A stretch of 34,945 nt of DNA from a virus (lineage: Duplodnaviria > Caudoviricetes), in the IMG/VR virus record IMGVR_UViG_3300016672_000187, positions 1 through 34,945 of that record, one strand, 5' to 3'. The position numbers and the translations under genes are program-made. How positions within the stretch are numbered: the first letter of the stretch is position 1; every line of letters begins with the position of its first letter. Under the pieces are notes generated by a model, which made no database searches, had not been told where the DNA came from, and saw only the letters and a program-made list of their open reading frames with translations. Below are positions 1-9,891 of the stretch, piece after piece.

Positions 1-831
1 TTACCCGTTATATCGATGTATCATGATATCTTCATAACTGGCATTATAAGTTAGTGAAGTGTTCACCGTAACGGTTGTACCACCATCGAAAGGACTTCTA
101 CAATAACCACGGGTTTGCATCCAGTCGCAAAGCTCTATTATCTGACTTTTGTTGCTCGTAAAATAGAAATAAGAAGTATCTTCAATTGTCTTGAGAACAT
201 TCAAATAATCGGCTAATTTCCAATAATCAGGGCGGCTGTAAGTACTACAATCAGTTGACAAATAAGGAGGATCAACAAGAAAAACTACATTAGGATGATT
301 CTTATACTCAGCAAACAAATCCCTATAATCCTGTTTAACCCTATCTACACCGTTCAGATATCCATCAACTCTATAATTTGATAGTCTTACTTTGTTATAG
401 AACTTTTCCTTTTTCAGCTGCTCAAAACTGGTTACATAATTCATAGAGAACAACAAACTTGATGAAATTGTGACCCAATCAATAAAGCCTTCTTCTTTAG
501 ATATCCTACCTACAATTTCCGAATGTAAATGATCTGGCAAACGTTCCTTTCTTGTCTCAAATTTAGCACAGATAATACGAATATCCGAGAGCAAAGCATT
601 TGTTTTATCTACGTTTTCCAAACGATGAGAATAACCGTCAAAATCGTTATACACAACTTTCGCAGTCGGATAATATTCTTTTACTGTATGACTCAATAAG
701 CCGGAACCTCCGAATAAATCAACATACACAGCATCAGCAGGAAATTCTTTTAAAGCCTCTTTAAATGGTTTTAAAAACCGTCTTTTTTGCCCCTGAAAAG
801 GTAGAGGCGATTGTACATAATTGTACTTCAT
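1..831 (-). CDS. DNA adenine methyltransferase (D12 class/Dam-like), in Mu mom position
   Basis: PLPFQGQKRRF N-terminus, DLFGGSG SAM-binding motif I, VDPPY catalytic motif IV. Confidence 0.9.
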   Translation of the reverse strand: MKYNYVQSPLPFQGQKRRFLKPFKEALKEFPADAVYVDLFGGSGLLSHTVKEYYPTAKVVYNDFDGYSHRLENVDKTNALLSDIRIICAKFETRKERLPDHLHSEIVGRISKEEGFIDWVTISSSLLFSMNYVTSFEQLKKEKFYNKVRLSNYRVDGYLNGVDRVKQDYRDLFAEYKNHPNVVFLVDPPYLSTDCSTYSRPDYWKLADYLNVLKTIEDTSYFYFTSNKSQIIELCDWMQTRGYCRSPFDGGTTVTVNTSLTYNASYEDIMIHRYNG

Positions 832-857
832 AATTATAAAATTTATTATTGTTTTAC

Positions 858-865
858 TATATTTG
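858..865 (+). promoter_or_regulatory. Bacteroidota sigma70 -7 box (TATATTTG), pointing antisense to the MTase leader
   Basis: Exact TAnnTTTG match; context TTTTACTATATTTG is identical to the box at 34429-34436. Confidence 0.6.
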
Positions 866-867
866 CA

Positions 868-1004
868 GCCTCACTGTATTAAACAACAAAACCACCATAA
901 GAAGACTTTAGTCCTCCAACGGTGGCTTTGTTGCTAATAAAAATACAGTGAGACGTTTTTTATTGTTGGAGGACGTTTTTTAATTCCTTTCCTCCGTTGG
1001 AATT
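868..1004. ncRNA. Structured RNA element in the MTase leader (alternative helices; possible antisense sRNA)
   Basis: Inverted repeats: 870-880/942-952 (11 bp), 884-896/921-933 (13 bp, one G-U on minus), 911-920/965-974 (10 bp), 915-922/994-1001 (8 bp). Confidence 0.65.
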
Positions 1005-1011
1005 TTATTTT

Positions 1012-3624
1012 CTAAATAAATGTACTTGTACCAACATCTGTCATTTGCCATCCCAATGATGTTTTAATGAATTTAGTTGTCTTAGCTCCAGAAATTGTTG
1101 CAACCACTGCACCATCTTTCCAAACCTGTGTTATTGAGCTTGTGTTATGGAATAGTGTAATAACTTGACCATTTACCGACCCAGAACCAGTATCTAAGCG
1201 CAGCTTCATTCCACCTCTTGCCAACACATTATGATGAATATAGTCTGGCGAAGGAGTAAAACTATCTCCGGAATTAACTTCAGTGTATTTAACAGTTGTT
1301 CCGCCAAAAGAATTTATATCAATAACGCCTCCATCACTTGTAAGAATTTTATTTGGGTCGTTATAATCGTTATGAATAAAACCACCAGCAGATGTAATAT
1401 TATCATTGATAAAAATTGTACCACCAAAATTATGTTTATATGAACCACTTGGTAAAACATTACCGTAACTCATTCTTCTTGTATTCTTATCAACTAAAAT
1501 ACCACCAGTGTCACCAATATTGGTAGCAAATTTCCAATAACCATTTTCCTCACCAGCAATAATAACCTCATTATCAGAATCAACTAAGCCAGCTTCACCG
1601 TTGAAGGAACCATCTGAAATCATTAATGCTAAAGTACTATCAGTAGAAAAAACTACGTTTTTTTCAATTGCTGCATCCCATTTGTTGATATTTGTTTGAC
1701 TGAATTGCTTTGATGTCCATACTTGTTCCCAATCTGACCAACCGTCCCAACTTAAATTTCTTTGATAAATTAAACCACCAACATTAGCGGCTCCAAAAGA
1801 AACAGCTTTTTGTGTAACCCAAGTATTATCGTGAGTTTCCACAGTTATAAACCACCAACCAACGTTATTGTCTGGTGCATGTACTAATTGTTTTCCTCTA
1901 TAAAAACCTGTTTTAAGATTAGCATTTAAATCAGTATCGTCACTCAATAAAACTGCAAAACCATCAGGCGTATTAACATAATTATTACTAACATATCCGA
2001 CAGTATTGCCTTCACTCTCTTCTATAGCATTTGACATTTGCCCAAAGTTGACAGCATGTGGTAATAGTGTGGCATCAGGCACTACAGGACTTTGCAAAAA
2101 CGTTTTAGTATTTGTAAAAGTCTGAACACCGTTTAAAGTTGCATAATTTGCCAATTGCGTATTTAGATCAGACTGATTGACTTTCCCTACAATTTGACCA
2201 AAATTTACAGCCTGATTAGCTACTGTAGCGGTTGGTACTGTAGGTGACAAGCTAAAATCGTTGACCCCAAAAAACTTATTATTTTCACCTCTATGAGGAA
2301 ACTGTGGTGCAAAACTATGAGCATTGTGTCGAAATCCTATATTGGAAACGTAAACTATTCCATTAAATGTCAATACGTTTGATAATTTAAATCTTATAGA
2401 TTTAATGGAAGCTGTACCGAAAGTAGATTCAGGGAATAAATATAATCCTGAACCTGGAATCTGAACGACATTAGTAGCAGTTAAAGCGGGAAACCAAACA
2501 TTATTATTATCCATTACTTCAACTGAAATATCTCTAAACATTTGAGTATTTTGAAGGCGTGATTGAACGAAAGCTTGCCAGTAACCACGACTATAATTAT
2601 TTAATACGCTGTTTAGATTAATGGTTATAACCAATTCTGTTGTAGAGTCAGCACCATTTATTATAGCAAAATCAGACTTCGCATTGAAAATAATACTATT
2701 GAAAGTACTTAACGGATTTCCAAAACTTCCAGCTCCATTAAGCACTGTTGTAACGGTATGCTCTTTATCAGCTAGCGTTAATTGATTTCTGTCATATAAT
2801 CCGGTGAAGGAAGTATCTACACTTCCTTCACCTCCTAAAGCAATCACCTTATTGAGCAATCTCTGTGGTATCTGAGCATTAGGAATCTGAACCGAAGCAT
2901 CCAAAGTGGCAACTCCATTAGCAGTGCCTCTTTGAGATAATGGAATATACTTTGCATCCGTCTGATTTACGGTTAAATAGCTATTAGAATCTATTGACCC
3001 ATTAGCCTTTAAAAATTGAGCATTAGTTCCTCCAGCTATACTGAATGAATTTGCCTTTAGATTTCCTACATTATCTAACTTCATAATTTCAGTTAGATTC
3101 AAATTAGCTGTTCCAACATTGGGAGAAACTGACCATGAAAATCCTGCATTATGATGACCTCCTTTAAATACATATGCGTTAACTGATGTAGTTCTTGAAT
3201 GTTTCCATTCACCATCAATATCTCTATATGCATTATAACTCAAGTAGAAACCGTAGTCTGATATTACTGTTGATGGTATTGTCATACCTGATGAACCAAC
3301 ATGAACATCACCCGTTTCGTTCATTTTACCAATACCAACTTTTGCGTTTTGTAATTGTAGATTAATATTTCCTACAATTGTTCCACCAGTTAAAGGTAAA
3401 TATTTATTTAGTTGGTAAACAGTAACCGCATGATTACCCACCGTACCATCCGGAATAACTGGACTTTGCGTGAAGGTCTTTTGAGCGATTATATTCTGAG
3501 CCGTGTTGATGGTCACGTAGCTGTTATTATCGACAGAACCATCAGCTTTCAAAAATTGCGCAGCCGTACCTCCAACGACTTTAAAACCTTTTGAAGAGAC
3601 GTAATATGAGTACTTAATGTCCAT
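1012..3624 (-). CDS. Tail fibre / receptor-binding protein with pyocin-knob-like domain
   Basis: 870 aa; repeats FLKA(D/N)GS(V/I)D.NSY and F..SP..P..T...(H/Q)AV; knob-like DLN..KTGFY...WSDWEQV; distal tail position. Confidence 0.8.
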   Translation of the reverse strand: MDIKYSYYVSSKGFKVVGGTAAQFLKADGSVDNNSYVTINTAQNIIAQKTFTQSPVIPDGTVGNHAVTVYQLNKYLPLTGGTIVGNINLQLQNAKVGIGKMNETGDVHVGSSGMTIPSTVISDYGFYLSYNAYRDIDGEWKHSRTTSVNAYVFKGGHHNAGFSWSVSPNVGTANLNLTEIMKLDNVGNLKANSFSIAGGTNAQFLKANGSIDSNSYLTVNQTDAKYIPLSQRGTANGVATLDASVQIPNAQIPQRLLNKVIALGGEGSVDTSFTGLYDRNQLTLADKEHTVTTVLNGAGSFGNPLSTFNSIIFNAKSDFAIINGADSTTELVITINLNSVLNNYSRGYWQAFVQSRLQNTQMFRDISVEVMDNNNVWFPALTATNVVQIPGSGLYLFPESTFGTASIKSIRFKLSNVLTFNGIVYVSNIGFRHNAHSFAPQFPHRGENNKFFGVNDFSLSPTVPTATVANQAVNFGQIVGKVNQSDLNTQLANYATLNGVQTFTNTKTFLQSPVVPDATLLPHAVNFGQMSNAIEESEGNTVGYVSNNYVNTPDGFAVLLSDDTDLNANLKTGFYRGKQLVHAPDNNVGWWFITVETHDNTWVTQKAVSFGAANVGGLIYQRNLSWDGWSDWEQVWTSKQFSQTNINKWDAAIEKNVVFSTDSTLALMISDGSFNGEAGLVDSDNEVIIAGEENGYWKFATNIGDTGGILVDKNTRRMSYGNVLPSGSYKHNFGGTIFINDNITSAGGFIHNDYNDPNKILTSDGGVIDINSFGGTTVKYTEVNSGDSFTPSPDYIHHNVLARGGMKLRLDTGSGSVNGQVITLFHNTSSITQVWKDGAVVATISGAKTTKFIKTSLGWQMTDVGTSTFI

Positions 3625-3627
3625 TTT

Positions 3628-5028
3628 TTATACTTCTAAATTTCTAACAAAAACTGAGATAGGATTTGGTGGAGTTGAATCAAATTCGATAGCACAACTC
3701 AAAGCATCTATCGGTTTTATACGACCTTCAACTTTATACAAAGTGACAGTATCACGCATCAAAATTTCAACATTTAACGAATTTAAGTTGTGTGTTACCG
3801 TTGCTGTTCCGGAAATAGAGGTTGTATAACTTTTAATAGCATTCGTTCCTGCTGTAACTCTACCTTTAGCATCTACTGTAACTTCACTATAAGTTCCTGC
3901 TGTTACTCCTGTTGCAGCTAATGTCAACGCTGAAGTAACATTTGCAGAACCGTCAAAAGTTGTTACCCATGTGGCGTCACCGGTTGCAGCAATCGTTCTT
4001 GGAGTAGTTAATTTTGCAGCCGACCCAGTTGTGTTGACAGCAGCAGTTCCGGTTAATAATGTCGCAGGAACAGCCGTAATAGGAATTGTTACATTTGCCG
4101 TACCGTCAATCGTTTGCGTGGTAGCCACAACGCCTGACATCGTGATCGTTCGTGGTGTCGTCCATTTAGTTGCCGAAAGAACACTTTTAGCAGCATCAGC
4201 GGTGTTGTCTACATTTGCTAATCCTACGTCAGATTTTGTTAGCACAACAACTCCTTGTTGCCCGTTAACAGATTCTACAGCACCGGAAGTGATATAAACA
4301 AAAGTAGTTCCTGACCAACGATAAGTTTTATTGGTGTCAAGTGCCACATAGATTTTCCCTGTAACTTTTTGAGCGGCAGGCAATGCATTAAGTGCTGCTA
4401 AAGTTGCAGCTTCCACCACATCGTCAACGTATGAAGGAAGTTGAGACGAAGGAATTTGCCCTGAAGAATCCAAAGTAGCAACGCCATTGGCAGCACCTTT
4501 TTGAGCAATTGGAATATAATTAGCTAAATCAGCGGTTGTCGGCATCGAGCCTAAATAAACGGTAATACCATTAGCCGTCTGGGTAACTCCTGTAACAACG
4601 TTACCTGTACCTGAAGTAGTAACAGGCAATGAAAATGAAGTTCCTGACAATGTCAGACCGTTACCTGCTGTGTATGTCGTGTCTGTTGACGCTAAAGTGA
4701 TTGTTCCGGCGGTTTGTGTAATAGCCATATTTGCCCCGGCTGCCAAAGTGATATCACCTGAAGTAAAAGCTCCGGCAGCACCTCCTTTTATTCTAGTAAT
4801 CGTGTCAGGAGTCGTGAATGCTCTGTTTGCCGATAAATCAAATGAAACTCCGTTAATACTAATAGTTCTTGCTGTAGGCACGTAATTGGCAGGCGTGAAA
4901 TTCCCGTCGTGCCAAAAAGAAGCTAAACTTTTTGTACCTCCATTAGCGGTGATTATGTCATCATCTGTTTTTCCAGCGATTTTATAACCTACAGAGGTGC
5001 GGTAAAATGCATATTTAATATCACTCAT
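3628..5028 (-). CDS. Tail fibre protein
   Basis: Thr/Ala/Gly-rich; ANGVATLDSSGQIP, KLTTPRTI and VTVDAKGRVTAG fibre motifs. Confidence 0.8.
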   Translation of the reverse strand: MSDIKYAFYRTSVGYKIAGKTDDDIITANGGTKSLASFWHDGNFTPANYVPTARTISINGVSFDLSANRAFTTPDTITRIKGGAAGAFTSGDITLAAGANMAITQTAGTITLASTDTTYTAGNGLTLSGTSFSLPVTTSGTGNVVTGVTQTANGITVYLGSMPTTADLANYIPIAQKGAANGVATLDSSGQIPSSQLPSYVDDVVEAATLAALNALPAAQKVTGKIYVALDTNKTYRWSGTTFVYITSGAVESVNGQQGVVVLTKSDVGLANVDNTADAAKSVLSATKWTTPRTITMSGVVATTQTIDGTANVTIPITAVPATLLTGTAAVNTTGSAAKLTTPRTIAATGDATWVTTFDGSANVTSALTLAATGVTAGTYSEVTVDAKGRVTAGTNAIKSYTTSISGTATVTHNLNSLNVEILMRDTVTLYKVEGRIKPIDALSCAIEFDSTPPNPISVFVRNLEV

Positions 5029-5040
5029 GATTTTTTGTTT

Positions 5041-5898
5041 TTATATTTTTTTGATTGTAACGTTAATATTGTTTGTAGGTTTGCTATCAAATGCGATATA
5101 GATGTTATTAGCATCGACTATTTTGATTTTTAGTGGCAATTTGTACAGTGTTACCGTGTCATACGCCTCGCATACAAAATCGTAACTGTTGAGATTATGT
5201 GTAAAATATGAATCTTCAGTGATGATTATTGTCTCCCTCGTACCGGCTCCCGACTCAATGGTCTGAATCTTATCATAAACTACATCATTAAATTGATTTT
5301 GAAGATTAAGAGCACCCCAACGCAGGTAATCGGCGACCAGTTCGACTTTATCGTCTTTCGTATTTCCAATTGAAATTTGCTTAAGCAACTCTATGTCTTC
5401 ACGGTTTTTCTTAATGAAATTGACAATTTCTTGAAGTTCATCAAGATCAAGATCGTTAGATACAAGCATTTCTTTGATTTCTTCAATAGTTTGATAGCTT
5501 CCATCAACCTGTAATCTCAACATGTCAAGCATACCAATTACCTGTTCTTTCGTATGTACATTTCCCTCAATGATTACAGTTCCGCCATCATCTAAAGTAT
5601 CTACAGTAGCAATATTCGCAAGTCCTAAAGCGTTTTTCCAACTTATAACATCAGCAGGCAAAAGATTGGTAGCATCTTTTTTTGCAAGATTTATGATTTT
5701 AAAATTGGTATCTTCTTTAAAAGCTGTGAAAATATTGTTTGTTACAGTGTTTTCAAAGATTGTTGAAAGCCCATCAACCTCATTGAATGGAATTTTGTTT
5801 TCTTTGTGCCTGAATGAGGCAAATGTTGTTCTAAATTGGTCTTGTGTCGGAATGTCGCCCGTTTCAAACCAGCCGAAAATTTCTAATAATGATGCCAT
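5041..5898 (-). CDS. Tail fibre-associated/adaptor protein
   Basis: WFETGDIPTQDQF N-terminus; coiled-coil middle; C-terminal domain shared with 3628..5028. Confidence 0.6.
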   Translation of the reverse strand: MASLLEIFGWFETGDIPTQDQFRTTFASFRHKENKIPFNEVDGLSTIFENTVTNNIFTAFKEDTNFKIINLAKKDATNLLPADVISWKNALGLANIATVDTLDDGGTVIIEGNVHTKEQVIGMLDMLRLQVDGSYQTIEEIKEMLVSNDLDLDELQEIVNFIKKNREDIELLKQISIGNTKDDKVELVADYLRWGALNLQNQFNDVVYDKIQTIESGAGTRETIIITEDSYFTHNLNSYDFVCEAYDTVTLYKLPLKIKIVDANNIYIAFDSKPTNNINVTIKKI

Positions 5899-5899
5899 G

Positions 5900-6745
5900 T
5901 TATTGGAAGTTTGGTTCTATGAATAATACAATTTCGTATGGTGGGAGTACTTTAAACGGTTCATCGTTTCCGATTTGTTCAGATTCCAATGTCTTCCAGT
6001 TCCATTGGTTCCCTCCGCCATCAAAACCTCCTAAACCTTGATTACCGCCATACGGTTGGACGATTGAGGTTCTAATTTTAAATTTTGGTAGGTTATTTTT
6101 TGTTAGAGTGACTGTCTTTGCCCCGAAAGAAAGCCCAAAACTTGAGAAATCAGGATCAAACTGATTATAACCGAAAACTGTTTTTCCGCTTAAATCGGTG
6201 CATTCTTTCCATCCCAAAGGAATTTCAGAAGCACCCTTCCGAAAGATAAAAGCAACACCGCCGTTTTCAATTGGGGCAGTTTTTAATTCCACTTTTTTCA
6301 CTCTTTTCTCCAGTGCTTCAACCGTAATTTTGTCCGCTTTTTCTGATAAACTCAGCTGTATGCTTTTGATAGTTTGAAGCTTGGTAAATTCCGCCCAGGG
6401 AAATAAATTTGGAGCAACTGAATTTCCGAATTTCACCGTTCTTTTTTTTATCAAGACTTTATTCGTTTGATCCTGGAACGTTTTCAAAATTTGCTGTTCG
6501 TGAACGAAAACATTCATGTCGACTAAACCACCTTCAAAAGGAAGCAGTTCACCGTTAATGGCAACAACTCCGGGGTTTAATGTAGTAGTTGAACCGGCAA
6601 TAGGATCACATCCGGAAATTATCGTCATGTGTCCGGCTAAATCACCAACAGCATCATAAAGCCTTATCGCATCCATGATCCGTTGCATCAAGTCATTTGT
6701 TAGCGGCACACCGCCCGTTTGCAAAAACTCTATATTGAAATTCAT
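5900..6745 (-). CDS. Baseplate/tail-collar-like fibre attachment protein
   Basis: IPLGWKEC..LSGKTVFG and GAKTVTLTKNNLP..VLPPY collar-like motifs; follows baseplate genes. Confidence 0.65.
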   Translation of the reverse strand: MNFNIEFLQTGGVPLTNDLMQRIMDAIRLYDAVGDLAGHMTIISGCDPIAGSTTTLNPGVVAINGELLPFEGGLVDMNVFVHEQQILKTFQDQTNKVLIKKRTVKFGNSVAPNLFPWAEFTKLQTIKSIQLSLSEKADKITVEALEKRVKKVELKTAPIENGGVAFIFRKGASEIPLGWKECTDLSGKTVFGYNQFDPDFSSFGLSFGAKTVTLTKNNLPKFKIRTSIVQPYGGNQGLGGFDGGGNQWNWKTLESEQIGNDEPFKVLPPYEIVLFIEPNFQ

Positions 6746-6746
6746 A

Positions 6747-7238
6747 TTAAACTATTTGTATTTTGTATTGTTTCGACTGCAGCATATAATATTCGATTTC
6801 TGCCTTCAGCTGAAGTTCGTTTATTCCGGAATTTGGTATTTTAACAATGAAATCAAAGTCACTGTACAGTTCCGCTTCAGTGTATAAGTAAATTGGGTTT
6901 TCATCCCCAAATAACCACTTTGTTTTCGTTTTATATTGGTCATCTTCAGCCTCAGTGTAGAGATATTTTTCATCAAACAAAACCGCCTTCACAATTTCTA
7001 TCCTTCGTTCCAACGGGTCAAAAACATCGTTTAAACGCTTTTGCATTGAGAATTTCTGAGAGGTTGTATTCAATCGAATTAAATTTTGTTTCCTGGCTCT
7101 CAAAAATTCATTGTACAAAGCTTCAAGCGGTTTAATTAATACCAGGACAAATGCAATCCAAAAAGAATTTCGCATTTTGGTAGGAAGTCTTTCGATAGCA
7201 AGCTTTCTAAAATTGATATTAAAAACTGCGTCCTTCAT
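6747..7238 (-). CDS. Baseplate wedge protein (P2 gpI / Mu gp48-like)
   Basis: Synteny after J-like gene; size; coupled start/stop. Confidence 0.55.
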   Translation of the reverse strand: MKDAVFNINFRKLAIERLPTKMRNSFWIAFVLVLIKPLEALYNEFLRARKQNLIRLNTTSQKFSMQKRLNDVFDPLERRIEIVKAVLFDEKYLYTEAEDDQYKTKTKWLFGDENPIYLYTEAELYSDFDFIVKIPNSGINELQLKAEIEYYMLQSKQYKIQIV

Positions 7239-8101
7239 TATGAGATATATGTTAAACCTGTAAAATCTTCTATTTTAAAACGCCCTGATGCCGGGATAAC
7301 AGACATTGAAATCGGTTGATATAAGCCATATCCATTAAGTGCCGGGTCAATCCATTTTGACTCTATAGATAAAGTTGTAAGATCTTCTACACCGTCAACT
7401 GCTAATATTGAAGCTTCTAATCTCTGAAGGCTTAGTTCTCCATTAAATGGAAGATTCTTCAGGAAGTTTTCAATTGCAATTTGAACAGGATAATTAGCTG
7501 TCAAAATTGACATCCCGGAAGAATTTAAAACCAAAGGGTCAACCTTTATTTTAAATGCAAATTTTAACGTGTCCGGTAGGTAATTAATAATTGTCACATG
7601 GTCTCCTGCAGGTGCAATTTCTTCCATATATTCAGAAAACGAAATCATGATATCGTTATTAAATATTTCATCAAGAACTTCCGGTGCAATTTTTAAAACA
7701 ATTTTTGCCCTTCCGTTATCAATTACCCGGCTACACGCTGCATACTTGACTATTTTTGAATTTGATATTTGCTCCTCCGAAGCAATAACCTCAGAACCGT
7801 CATCTGTATAAGTGGGTTTGAATTGGTCACTTTCAGCCAATAAATCAAAGCCATATTGAAAACGTAAAGCTTCAGAACGATAACGTCTAAGATTGAAAAC
7901 TTTTTGATTTGCGATCAGATCTCGAATTTCTTGAAGATGTAAAATTGCAGCTAAAGAAAGGTTGTAAAATACAAAGGCAATAGTTCTAAAAATGCATAAC
8001 CAAATAGAAGCTTTAGAAGTACTATCTAATCCTGTGAGGTCAGTATTTTTATCTTTTTCGGCTTGAATTTCTGCCAAAATTTCATCATATGTTTTATTCA
8101 T
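7238..8101 (-). CDS. Baseplate J-like wedge protein (Mu gp47-like)
   Basis: C-terminal L..LPFNGEL....L...ILAVDGV motif typical of baseplate J; synteny. Confidence 0.7.
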   Translation of the reverse strand: MNKTYDEILAEIQAEKDKNTDLTGLDSTSKASIWLCIFRTIAFVFYNLSLAAILHLQEIRDLIANQKVFNLRRYRSEALRFQYGFDLLAESDQFKPTYTDDGSEVIASEEQISNSKIVKYAACSRVIDNGRAKIVLKIAPEVLDEIFNNDIMISFSEYMEEIAPAGDHVTIINYLPDTLKFAFKIKVDPLVLNSSGMSILTANYPVQIAIENFLKNLPFNGELSLQRLEASILAVDGVEDLTTLSIESKWIDPALNGYGLYQPISMSVIPASGRFKIEDFTGLTYIS

Positions 8102-8103
8102 GA

Positions 8104-8397
8104 TTAGTCTACTTTAAAATTCCCTCCAATTCTCATAACACCTATTCCACGTTTTTCAACTGCTTTTTTATCTCTGAAAGATGTTGCAGGTTGTAATTGT
8201 TTTGAAGCATAATAATTAAGTACATCGACATCAATTTCCATTTCTTCTGGAAGAAGTAAATCAGTTCCTGGTTCTAATTGATCTGATACCGCCATCCCAT
8301 TGAAAACCGCAATAGAGAAAGCATTTAACACGTTACCTGTTTTCTGTATTGCGATATCTTGGAATGACTGATTATGTAGTACTGTTATTGTCCCCAT
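8104..8397 (-). CDS. LysM-like tail/baseplate protein (P2 gpX-like)
   Basis: ITVLHNQSFQDIA...IAVFNG...LEPGTDLLLP LysM-like pattern. Confidence 0.65.
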   Translation of the reverse strand: MGTITVLHNQSFQDIAIQKTGNVLNAFSIAVFNGMAVSDQLEPGTDLLLPEEMEIDVDVLNYYASKQLQPATSFRDKKAVEKRGIGVMRIGGNFKVD

Positions 8398-8911
8398 CTC
8401 TTAATTCTCTTACCGATTTAACCGCATTTTTTATTTTGCTAAATATTGTCCGGACTTTCTTTTCAATATCAAATCCAGCTTTCCGCAGGTTTTCAAAAAA
8501 TATTGAGTATAATTCAATACTACATGCGATTGCAATCGTTACTAAAGTAATTGTCACCGGATGATCTGTGTAGGTTGATCCGAAAGGTTTTAATTTAAAA
8601 GTTGTTTCTAAGGAATAAGCACAGAGAATGAATAAAAAGTACGTAACACTTTTCACAACTGATAATCTCAGTCTTCTGGATGAAAAGCCGTACTTCCAAA
8701 AATTTGATTGCGCTTTTGAATCCTTCCATAAAATCCATGATGCTAAAACTCCGGTGATAAAATCAAGCGTCATAAAAAAAAGTAAAAGAAAAATTCCCAA
8801 TTGGTAACTTGAAAATGTAACAAGTCCGACTGCAGGAATAGCAACTGTGGGTTTTTTGACCGCTGTAAGTACTGCAATTGCTGTTTTTTTATAGGTTAAT
8901 AGTTCTCTCAT
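8372..8911 (-). CDS. Phage holin
   Basis: Several TM helices, LDFITGV and IE..SI.ENL...G motifs of holin family 4, basic C-terminus. Confidence 0.75.
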   Translation of the reverse strand: MRELLTYKKTAIAVLTAVKKPTVAIPAVGLVTFSSYQLGIFLLLFFMTLDFITGVLASWILWKDSKAQSNFWKYGFSSRRLRLSVVKSVTYFLFILCAYSLETTFKLKPFGSTYTDHPVTITLVTIAIACSIELYSIFFENLRKAGFDIEKKVRTIFSKIKNAVKSVRELRDGDNNSTT

Positions 8912-9192
8912 ATATCTATTTTCAAGTTTTCAAAGCCTCCGGTTAAATCGATATCAGGATTATAGCCGTCGTATTCAAGTTGTATTTTTAAATCACGTTT
9001 AAACGATGCAGGATTAATGTTTTTCTTCACCTGAAGTATTGCTGCGAAACCTAACATTGGATAGTCTTTATATTCTCCTGGGTGGCTCATTGTAATATCT
9101 TCAACATGCTGAGTATCGGATTGGCTTATCACGAAATCACCGTTTTTTAAAACAGGCATATAATTTTCGTCAACTTCAATATCGTATCTCAT
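8908..9192 (-). CDS. Baseplate gp25/gpW/gp46-like protein (start MRYDIE)
   Basis: GDFVI..SD.QH...I....PGEYK.YP.LG pattern; ATG 9192 sits just after the stop of 9194..9397. Confidence 0.65.
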   Translation of the reverse strand: MRYDIEVDENYMPVLKNGDFVISQSDTQHVEDITMSHPGEYKDYPMLGFAAILQVKKNINPASFKRDLKIQLEYDGYNPDIDLTGGFENLKIDI

Positions 9193-9193
9193 G

Positions 9194-9397
9194 CTATGTA
9201 ATTTTTCCGGTTCCGGTGAATGCGCCCTGGTTAGAAGTTCCGGTGATTGCAACATCACCACTTTTTAAATACTCTTTAATCGCTGCTAAAAGCTTCTGAG
9301 CATACTCTTGTTTTGCTTGAGCTCTGTCGGTTTTTGTCTCCATTTCTGTTTGGAGGTCAACAACCCTGTTTATGAATTGTGCATCGTTTAAAGGCAT
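9194..9397 (-). CDS. Small baseplate protein (possible spike tip)
   Basis: 67 aa, coupled to the spike gene, ends in TGTGKIT. Confidence 0.5.
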   Translation of the reverse strand: MPLNDAQFINRVVDLQTEMETKTDRAQAKQEYAQKLLAAIKEYLKSGDVAITGTSNQGAFTGTGKIT

Positions 9398-9891
9398 TAT
9401 TTAAATAGTTTTTCAGTATCGGACTTCAAGTTTTCAAACTTTAATTTGTTTGGGTCTGAAAATTGACCCGGACCCGAAGGAGTTGTGATGATTGCGTTTT
9501 TCAGTTGATCAAGAGTTTCCGTTAATATTTTCTTCAGATCGCTTTGATTGTTTTTAAAATCGAATTTCCCTGCTGACATTTCAAACCTGGCTCCGCCAAT
9601 GGTGATGATCACTTTTTCTACCTCAGTATATTTCACAATAGCGGTTTCAGCTTTTTGATTTTCTACTACAAGACAAAGGACTTGAGAACCGATAACCGGA
9701 ATAATTAAAAACATATCATCAAAACTTTGATCTATGGCATTTAATCTGACATCGAAAAGCGGAGGTAAACCGTCCCTTTCGACTGTGCAAGTCATTCCGG
9801 TTATTTCGGTGACAATTCCCAATGAAGAATATCCCATTATTGGCTGACCTTTGGAGGCTATGGCACTTACAGCCTGAATAAAGCTTTCCAC
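9397..9891 (-). CDS. Baseplate spike / gpV (Mu gp45)-like protein
   Basis: OB-fold-like N-terminus (DVRL...IPVIGSQVLC); synteny. Confidence 0.65.
   Translation of the reverse strand: MESFIQAVSAIASKGQPIMGYSSLGIVTEITGMTCTVERDGLPPLFDVRLNAIDQSFDDMFLIIPVIGSQVLCLVVENQKAETAIVKYTEVEKVIITIGGARFEMSAGKFDFKNNQSDLKKILTETLDQLKNAIITTPSGPGQFSDPNKLKFENLKSDTEKLFK

Noticed and set aside
1-831. Restriction-modification system
   Set aside because: No endonuclease in the window; an orphan MTase in the mom position is better explained as anti-restriction.
1012-5028. Mu-type invertible G segment or diversity-generating retroelement at the fibre genes
   Set aside because: No invertase, inverted fibre copy, reverse transcriptase or TR/VR pair seen in the window; sequence left of position 1 is not visible.
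9193-9261. Upstream GTG/TTG-type starts for 8908..9261, 16705..17184 and 23785..24390
   Set aside because: They overlap neighbouring genes or promoter sequence; ATGs at 9192, 16741 and 23812 fit operon packing better.
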